DNA from: Cenarchaeum sp. | Lineage (GTDB): Archaea > Thermoproteota > Nitrososphaeria > Nitrososphaerales > Nitrosopumilaceae | DNA length: 64,000 nucleotides | Assembly (NCBI GenBank): GCA_963692915.1 | Contig: OY843584.1 | Coordinates: 1,120,001-1,184,000, forward strand | Direction: 5' to 3' | Part shown: positions 57,594-64,000 of the stretch, piece after piece | How the letters are laid out: every line of letters begins with the position of its first letter | How positions within the stretch are numbered: position 1 is the stretch's first letter | Translations under genes and position numbers: made by a program | Notes under the pieces: generated by a model | The model's database searches: none | Told to the model about the DNA's origin: nothing | What the model saw: the letters and a program-made list of their open reading frames with translations, nothing else

Positions 57594-58884
57594 ATCTCCT
57601 CCGTGGCCCCCTAGAGCCCTTTTTGCCCTGGCCCCGTGACCCCTCTTGTCGCTCGCGGCCGTCGCGACGTCCGCGACTGTCGCGGCGCGGCGGACCGCCA
57701 TGCCTAGAGCCCCCATGGCGTGGGGCACCCTGGCGCGCGCCATGATCCCCAGAGCGCGCACCCTCGCGAGGCTCGGGGCGCGGAACAGTGCCGATCTCCC
57801 TGACACGCACGTTGAGCTTTTCAAGGAGCGTCTCGTTGAGGCCGCCGCCGTAGACGTCAACGCGCGCGGCGATTGCTGCCTTTGAGGCTATCGCGCGCGC
57901 CATCCGCCCGCGCTGCCAGCGCGGCGCAGCATGAACCAGCGCGTGCTGAAAGAGCAGGCCGTGCTTTGGCGGCAGCGCGCCAGTCTTTAGCGATCGAAAG
58001 AGCGCCTTCTCGGCGCCGAGAACCTGTATGCTGCTAGCCGGCATCGTCGCAAGCCTCGTGAGGCTACCGGCCCGCGATATCACGCGCGCGCCAATGAGCG
58101 CGCCGAGTATTGCAGACGTGTTTGGCGCAACGCTTTCCATCTCGGCGTTCACGTGGGCCTCGAGCTCGTGGCGGTGCGCCGACAGGTGCAGTATGTGCTC
58201 GGCTAGATCACGAACCATGGACAGGCTTCCGGCCGCAATCTCGCCACCGCGGCTCTTTGGCGCCATGAGAAGAACCATCTCGGCAACAGACTTGTCGAGT
58301 CCGGCCTCGATGAGTGACTCGCCTGATATGCCAGCACGATCGCCGATGCGCGCGACGCGCGCGTATGGCGCAATGCCATCGATGACGTTCTCTAGCTCGG
58401 GAAAGTGGAGGCCATACCACTCGCGCAACCGCGAGTTGTGCCCGTTGAGTGCCCTGTCGGCCTCATCCATCGCGCGAATCGCCTGGATAATGTGCGCGTC
58501 TGGACTCTGCGAGGCCTCACTCACTTTTGCCGAGGACAGGCCCATCGCAAAGTCGCGCAGCTTTGAGGCCGCATCCTCCTCGCCAGACGCAAATCCCGCC
58601 TCCACAAGTATCGCTATCTTGTCAGCCTGTATCTTTGAGACCTCGGACTCCTCAAGGGCGCGCGCCTCCACGGACCGTGCGCGAAGCGCGTCAAGCAGTG
58701 CCTCGTCATTCACCGTGACGCCCGAGTCAAGTGACTCGGCGTGTGCCACGAGCGCGTCGATCTCGCCCTCGCCGCGCCTGATCGCCATGTACTCGGCGGC
58801 CGCATCGGCGAACGGGAAAGAGGCCACGCGCCTCGAGCCGTCGAGGGCCACGATTCCAAGCTCGGTGAGCACGATTGACTGCAT
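57550..58884 (-). CDS. nop5: Nop5/Nop56 box C/D RNP protein
   Basis: LREWYGLHFPEL, IQVLGAEKALF, PPKHG; Arg/Gly-rich tail. Confidence 0.96.
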   Translation of the reverse strand: MQSIVLTELGIVALDGSRRVASFPFADAAAEYMAIRRGEGEIDALVAHAESLDSGVTVNDEALLDALRARSVEARALEESEVSKIQADKIAILVEAGFASGEEDAASKLRDFAMGLSSAKVSEASQSPDAHIIQAIRAMDEADRALNGHNSRLREWYGLHFPELENVIDGIAPYARVARIGDRAGISGESLIEAGLDKSVAEMVLLMAPKSRGGEIAAGSLSMVRDLAEHILHLSAHRHELEAHVNAEMESVAPNTSAILGALIGARVISRAGSLTRLATMPASSIQVLGAEKALFRSLKTGALPPKHGLLFQHALVHAAPRWQRGRMARAIASKAAIAARVDVYGGGLNETLLEKLNVRVREIGTVPRPEPREGARSGDHGARQGAPRHGGSRHGGPPRRDSRGRRDGRERQEGSRGQGKKGSRGPRRRFDKKDRRGSRDNRA

Positions 58885-59086
58885 GCGTGGCGCGCCGCGC
58901 CGGCTCGGTTAAAAATGCTGTTTGGGAGACGCAAGCCCAGGCAGGGCGGCGAACTGCCCCGCACATGTGCAGCCATGACGATGAAAACATCATGTTTTAA
59001 TATGATGTATGATTTAATCACTAGAAAACCAATTTTTAAGTGTCCAAAAACAGAGTATTAATATAATATAATTGATATGTGTGGCC

Positions 59087-60274
59087 ATGCCAAGAACCAC
59101 ATGGGACACGAGCGGGTTCACAGAGCCCAACGGTCGGTTTGTGAGCACACAGGCCGGAATCAAGGCATTCGTCCCCAGTCCGCTCCCAGTGAAATGGACG
59201 GCGCACGGACAGCTCCTCAACATGTACGTAAGGGCCGAGAAGGCCATGAGCTCCCTAAACACGGTTGCAAACATGATTGGCGTGTCAGACCTTTTGACAG
59301 CGCTCTATATACGAAACGAGGCCGTTCAAAGCTCCATAATAGAGGGCACGCTGGCAAGCTTGGATGACCTGTTGCAGTATGAGGCGGCCAAACACATCGA
59401 TGCAGAGGAGGCAGATCGTCTAAGCATGGCAGAAGTCTCCAATTGCGTAAAGGCCATGGAAGAGTCAATGGAGGAGGTTACGAAAACTGGTGAAATCGAC
59501 ATCGACCTGGTAAAAACAGCACATCGCACACTATGGCTCAGAGTTCGCGGACAGGAGATGAATATTGGCACATTAAGGAAGGGGCAAAATGCCATAAAAA
59601 ACGGAAGAGGGGACATTGTGTTTGTGCCGCCTCCGCCTGATCATGCAGAATCCCTCATGGAAGGGCTCATTAGTTTTATGTCGGTTAAACAGCCTGAAAT
59701 TCCAACCCTTATTCAATGCGCCATGGCACACTATCAGTTCGAGGCAATTCACCCATTTGGGGACGGGAATGGACGTGTGGGCCGTATGCTCATACCGCTC
59801 ATACTTGCCAAAAATGGTGAACTTGGCAAGCCATTGTTACAGCTTGGAGAATATCTTGCGGCAAATAGGTCAGAGTACTATATGCGTCTGGAAATGGTAA
59901 GCCAGAAATCAGATTGGGACGGGTGGTGTATGCTGTTCATGCGGGCATTTGCTGAACAGGCCGAAGCGACCACAAGGAGCATTATGGCCATGGCCGAGAT
60001 TCAAGATAGATATGCCAAAATGGTCTCAGGAACCGGCCGTTCCATAGCAGCGCGCATACTAGAACTGCTGTTCTCAAACCCCTACATCACCACGCGGCGT
60101 GTGCAAGGGGACCTCAGGGTGTCACATACCGGTGCCGCGCGCGGCATAGCACGGCTAGAAAAGATGGGCATCCTCACAAAAATCTCGGGCACGCGACGCA
60201 GACGCGTCTGGGTCGCCACGGAGATCATCAACACTATGCGCAGTGCCGTGCCCACAGGCACGACACGCGTGTAA
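59087..60274 (+). CDS. Fic-family protein with C-terminal wHTH
   Basis: HPFGDGNGRVGR catalytic motif; N-terminal SSIIEG inhibitory motif; AT-rich upstream region. Confidence 0.93.
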   Translation: MPRTTWDTSGFTEPNGRFVSTQAGIKAFVPSPLPVKWTAHGQLLNMYVRAEKAMSSLNTVANMIGVSDLLTALYIRNEAVQSSIIEGTLASLDDLLQYEAAKHIDAEEADRLSMAEVSNCVKAMEESMEEVTKTGEIDIDLVKTAHRTLWLRVRGQEMNIGTLRKGQNAIKNGRGDIVFVPPPPDHAESLMEGLISFMSVKQPEIPTLIQCAMAHYQFEAIHPFGDGNGRVGRMLIPLILAKNGELGKPLLQLGEYLAANRSEYYMRLEMVSQKSDWDGWCMLFMRAFAEQAEATTRSIMAMAEIQDRYAKMVSGTGRSIAARILELLFSNPYITTRRVQGDLRVSHTGAARGIARLEKMGILTKISGTRRRRVWVATEIINTMRSAVPTGTTRV

Positions 60275-60307
60275 CCGTTATATCGCAACGTCGGCGGCAG
60301 GGGTGCG

Positions 60308-61216
60308 ATGGCAGCATCATTGGAGACGCGCGTGGGTCCGCTCACGCTCTCGTCACCGACAATGCTCGCCTCGGGCATACTCGGCATATCAACAGACGTG
60401 TTTGCGCGCATACTCGGAGCCGGAGCCGGCGCGATAGTCACAAAGTCGCTCAGCACCGAGGCCTGGGAGGGCTATGCAAACCCCACGGTCATAGGGGCAG
60501 CCGGCGGCGGGTGGCTGAACGCAGTGGGCCTCTCAAACCCTGGTGCTGCCGAGTTTGCCGCGATGCTGCGCGCCTCACCAGACACGCCGGCGATCGTCAG
60601 CCTGGTAGGCTCTTCGGAGGCGGACTTTGAGCGCATGGTCGCCGAGTTTGACGGCTGCAACGTCATCGCGTACGAGCTAAACCTGTCGTGCCCGCACGTC
60701 GCCAAGGTCGGCCTCGAGGTCGGCGATGACGTTGAGCTAGTCGGCAGGATCGTCGAGTCCACGCGGCGCGCATCGCGCGTGCCCGTCATCGCAAAGGTCG
60801 GACTCGGAACCGCCGACTATATGGAGACAGTCAGGGCAGCAGTAGACGCGGGAGCCGGCGCAATAACTGCAATAAACACGATACGCGCGATGGCCATAGA
60901 CGCCGAGGCCGCACGACCGGTCCTGAGCAACAGGTTTGGCGGACTGTCAGGCACGCCGATAAAGCCAGTCGCGCTCCGCTGCGTCTACGAGATAGCATCA
61001 CGCCACGATGTTCCAGTTATCGGGTGCGGTGGAGTCTCGACGTGGGAGGATGCCGTCGAGTTTATCCTAGCCGGCGCGTGCGCAGTCCAGGTCGGCAGCG
61101 CGCTAGCAGGCGGCAATGTCAAGGTATTTGGCGAGATCAACTCTGGAATTGCGCAGTACATGGACCGCAAGGGTCACACGTCAGTGTCAGGAATGGTGGG
61201 AATTGCAAGGCGATAA
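60308..61216 (+). CDS. pyrD: Dihydroorotate dehydrogenase B, catalytic subunit
   Basis: NAVGL.NPG, ELNLSCPH, GGLSG..IKP. Confidence 0.96.
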   Translation: MAASLETRVGPLTLSSPTMLASGILGISTDVFARILGAGAGAIVTKSLSTEAWEGYANPTVIGAAGGGWLNAVGLSNPGAAEFAAMLRASPDTPAIVSLVGSSEADFERMVAEFDGCNVIAYELNLSCPHVAKVGLEVGDDVELVGRIVESTRRASRVPVIAKVGLGTADYMETVRAAVDAGAGAITAINTIRAMAIDAEAARPVLSNRFGGLSGTPIKPVALRCVYEIASRHDVPVIGCGGVSTWEDAVEFILAGACAVQVGSALAGGNVKVFGEINSGIAQYMDRKGHTSVSGMVGIARR

Positions 61217-62012
61217 CGCGCCGTCGATGAGGACGATAGTCTCAGTCCGTGACGAGACGCCGACGGTGCGCACACTAGAGTTCGCCGACGGTGCGCTTGC
61301 CGGTGCGCTTGCCGGCCAGTTTGTCATGGTATGGATTCCCGGCGAGGGCGAGCTGCCAATGAGCATCATGGTCTCCGAGACTGCAGGCCACGCCGCACTG
61401 ACCGTGCGCACACATGGCCCGTCCTCTCGCGCCCTCTACTCGACTCCCGTCGGCGGTCTTGTCGGCATCCGCGGGCCGTATGGCAACTCGTTTGGGATTC
61501 GCGGACGCAACGTCCTCCTCGCCGGCGGAGGCACGGGCCTGGTGCCGCTCATGCGCCTCATCGCACAGTCGCCACCTGATGCGCGCATAACGCTGGCGAT
61601 GGGGGCGCGCACGGCCGAGGAGGTCTTTTTTGAGGAGATCGCCGCGCGCCTTGCCGGCCCGAGGAGCCTCGAGGTCGTCGTGGCCACCGATGACGGGACG
61701 CGCGGGGAGGCCGGAACCGTCGTCGACGCCGTGAGGCGCATCCTCGAGTCTGGCTCCTTTGACTCGGCACACACGTGCGGGCCGGAGCCCATGATGAGTG
61801 GCGTCGTCGATGCGGCCCGCTCAAAGGGCGTCTTTGTGCAGGCGAGCATCGAGCGCGTCATGAAGTGCGGCGTCGGCATATGCGGGAGCTGCGCAATGGA
61901 CGCAAGCCTCGTGTGCTGCGACGGAACCGTCCTCGACGGGGAGCGCCTAGCGGATAGCGGCGAGTTTGGGCGCATATACCGCTCAAAGTCAGGCGTGCGC
62001 ACGCCCTACTAG
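61203..62012 (+). CDS. pyrK: Dihydroorotate dehydrogenase electron transfer subunit
   Basis: GQFVMVW.P, RGPYGN, GGGTG, CGP, MKCGVGICGSC. Confidence 0.94.
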   Translation: MQGDNAPSMRTIVSVRDETPTVRTLEFADGALAGALAGQFVMVWIPGEGELPMSIMVSETAGHAALTVRTHGPSSRALYSTPVGGLVGIRGPYGNSFGIRGRNVLLAGGGTGLVPLMRLIAQSPPDARITLAMGARTAEEVFFEEIAARLAGPRSLEVVVATDDGTRGEAGTVVDAVRRILESGSFDSAHTCGPEPMMSGVVDAARSKGVFVQASIERVMKCGVGICGSCAMDASLVCCDGTVLDGERLADSGEFGRIYRSKSGVRTPY

Positions 62013-62214
62013 GGCACAGTCGCCGATCTCGGGCTGCGCTTCCCGCCACGCACAGATCCGGCGCCCGGACGCGCGATCTAGGCGATCTTGCGCACGGTAT
62101 CATGCAATACAGGCTCCAAAACACCCGATATGAGGCGGTTTTACGGCGTTTTGCCCCCGCAAGACCCGCAAGACTTAAAATAATTCATGTGTGCCCTTGA
62201 TGATGACACCAAGG

Positions 62215-63942
62215 ATGGGCCACCCCAAAATTGTCCTCACGGCCGACCGTACGCTCATGTCCCCCTACAGGAACATATCGCTTGCCACGTTCTTTGGCTG
62301 CGCACCGGCCCTTGACCCCCACAGGGACAAGGGGAGCTTTTGGTACAAGGTCCTAGGCAACCAGGTCACGCCTCGCATACTCTTTGACTTTATCTGCAAC
62401 CCCATCCCCAACACGAACGGTGTGGCGGACTTTGCGCCATATGGCCTGCGCAAGATCGAGGCCGGCCTCCTCAGGGACGGTTATGCGCGCAAGGACGTTG
62501 TAGTCGCGCACCCGGACCACGTCGAAAAGTTCATCGGGCCGGAGACTGAGGTCGTCGGAACCTACGAGATGGATCCACTCGGCATGGGTCCGGTCACGAT
62601 GACGTTCACGTACGGCAGAAAGCAGATCTCATATGATGAGTTTTACTGCGCGGATCTGCACAAGAGCATAAACGACGCCAAGAAAAAGAACAAGAGCAAC
62701 GCAAAGGTCATCGCCGGCGCGTCAGGCACATGGCAGTACAACTATGATCCCGAAAAGATAAAAGAGTACGGCCTGTACGCCATACTTGAAGGCGAGCTCG
62801 GAGGGATTGCCCCGGAGGTTGACGGCCATGCCGGCAGGTTCTTTGACCACCTAATCGCCGGTGACTTTGAGAACATGGACCCTTTCAAAAAGAATGACCG
62901 CTTCAAGGTCAACATAAAGGAGTTCAGCCGCAACGGCAAAAATATCCATGGCAGGTTTGTCAACTTTTGGGACAGGCCAGATATCGATGACATACCGGAC
63001 ATCGTTGAGCCTAGCATGCACGGCATGGTCGAGGTTATGCGCGGGTGCGGTCGCGGGTGCAAGTTCTGCGACGTCACGCTCCGATCGCTTCGCTACTATC
63101 CGCCAGAGAAGGTAAAGCGCGAGATTGAGGTCAACATCAAAAAGGGCGGCTCGCGCTCGGCGTGGATACACAGTGACGACATATTCGTGTATGGGATGGA
63201 TCCCACAACGACGAAGAACATGGCTCCAAACAGGGAGGCACTCGAGGAGCTCTTTGAGGCCATAATGTCAACTGGCGTCAATCACACAAACCCAACGCAC
63301 GGCACGCTCGCCGGCGCGATAGCCGACGAGAGGCTACTGCCAAACATATCAAAGACCATAAGGTCATCGGCCTCAAACCTGACGGGAATACAGTGCGGCT
63401 TTGAGACTGGCAGCCTGAGGCTCATCGAGAAATACGCCGACCGCAAGCTCGCCCCGTATGCGCCTTCTGAGTGGCACTGGGTCGTAAAGGAGGGCGTAAA
63501 GACGCTCAACGAGAACTATTGGATACCCGCATTCACGCTCATCATGGGCCTTGACAACGACGAGACGCCTGAGGACTCGTGGGAGACCATACGCCTCCTC
63601 AGCGAGCTCGAGCGCGAGCAGCCTGACTCGATGTTCACGGCCACGCCGCTGACATTCGTCCCCATAGGCCTCCTCGAAAAGTCCGAGTTCTTTAACATCG
63701 GCAACGAGCTTGATCCCGCGCAGCTAGGCGTCATGTACAAGACCTGGCAGCACAACTTCAAGTATGGCATACAAAAGTTCATGACAAAGACGGGCGGCGG
63801 GACGATTCTCAAAAAGGTGTTCTTTAACGGGATTGCGCGCACGCTTGGCGGCACACCGCTAAAGGCCATGGAGCGCTATGCGCGCCGAAACAGCCGCGAG
63901 CACGAGCGTGTCATCGAAAAGATAAGGTCGAATTACCTCTAG
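62215..63942 (+). CDS. B12-binding/radical SAM protein
   Basis: APYGLRKIEA; RGCGRGCKFC (CxxxCxxC); TTAAAATA box upstream. Confidence 0.92.
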   Translation: MGHPKIVLTADRTLMSPYRNISLATFFGCAPALDPHRDKGSFWYKVLGNQVTPRILFDFICNPIPNTNGVADFAPYGLRKIEAGLLRDGYARKDVVVAHPDHVEKFIGPETEVVGTYEMDPLGMGPVTMTFTYGRKQISYDEFYCADLHKSINDAKKKNKSNAKVIAGASGTWQYNYDPEKIKEYGLYAILEGELGGIAPEVDGHAGRFFDHLIAGDFENMDPFKKNDRFKVNIKEFSRNGKNIHGRFVNFWDRPDIDDIPDIVEPSMHGMVEVMRGCGRGCKFCDVTLRSLRYYPPEKVKREIEVNIKKGGSRSAWIHSDDIFVYGMDPTTTKNMAPNREALEELFEAIMSTGVNHTNPTHGTLAGAIADERLLPNISKTIRSSASNLTGIQCGFETGSLRLIEKYADRKLAPYAPSEWHWVVKEGVKTLNENYWIPAFTLIMGLDNDETPEDSWETIRLLSELEREQPDSMFTATPLTFVPIGLLEKSEFFNIGNELDPAQLGVMYKTWQHNFKYGIQKFMTKTGGGTILKKVFFNGIARTLGGTPLKAMERYARRNSREHERVIEKIRSNYL

Positions 63943-64000
63943 CTGGTGCCTGGGCTAGTCCGAACCGGCGCGCTTGTCGAGTATGTTGCCGAGGCGCGTT

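Overview
High-GC ammonia-oxidising archaeon (Nitrososphaerota/Thaumarchaeota, Nitrosopumilaceae-like). The giant surface protein, TPR protein and paralog expansions fit a host-associated, Cenarchaeum-like lineage, which is inference. From about 19 to 64 kb the window is compact core genome: acyP, SRP RNA, Ncs6/TtcA, site-2 protease, CutA, pelota, a box C/D sRNA, RNase HI, rhodanese, A-type ATP synthase I/E/A/B/D, urea transporter plus ureABCEFGD, aIF2-gamma, S6e, OLD-type ATPase, TFEbeta/RPC34 homologue, RlmE, Trm1, RNase HII, fibrillarin, Nop5, pyrD/pyrK and a radical SAM protein. Three insertions interrupt it: an orphan gene pair between atpI and atpE, a low-GC type II R-M system after atpD, and a Fic gene. 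The first 19 kb is accessory. It starts with the 5' part of a giant Ig-like surface protein and contains two repeat-cargo-repeat modules. Module 1 (2.8-6.8 kb) has ~170-bp poly-C-containing direct repeats around two divergent paralogs with HK97-capsid/encapsulin-like C-terminal patterns, which flank a HEPN-domain gene carrying an in-frame G19 tract; this is the best candidate for an undescribed system. Module 2 (8.4-13.8 kb) has duplicated two-gene units of an unknown 4-member family around a Panacea/YwgA-like plus membrane protein pair, a TPR gene and a microprotein. All family calls are by-eye motif recognition; no searches were run.
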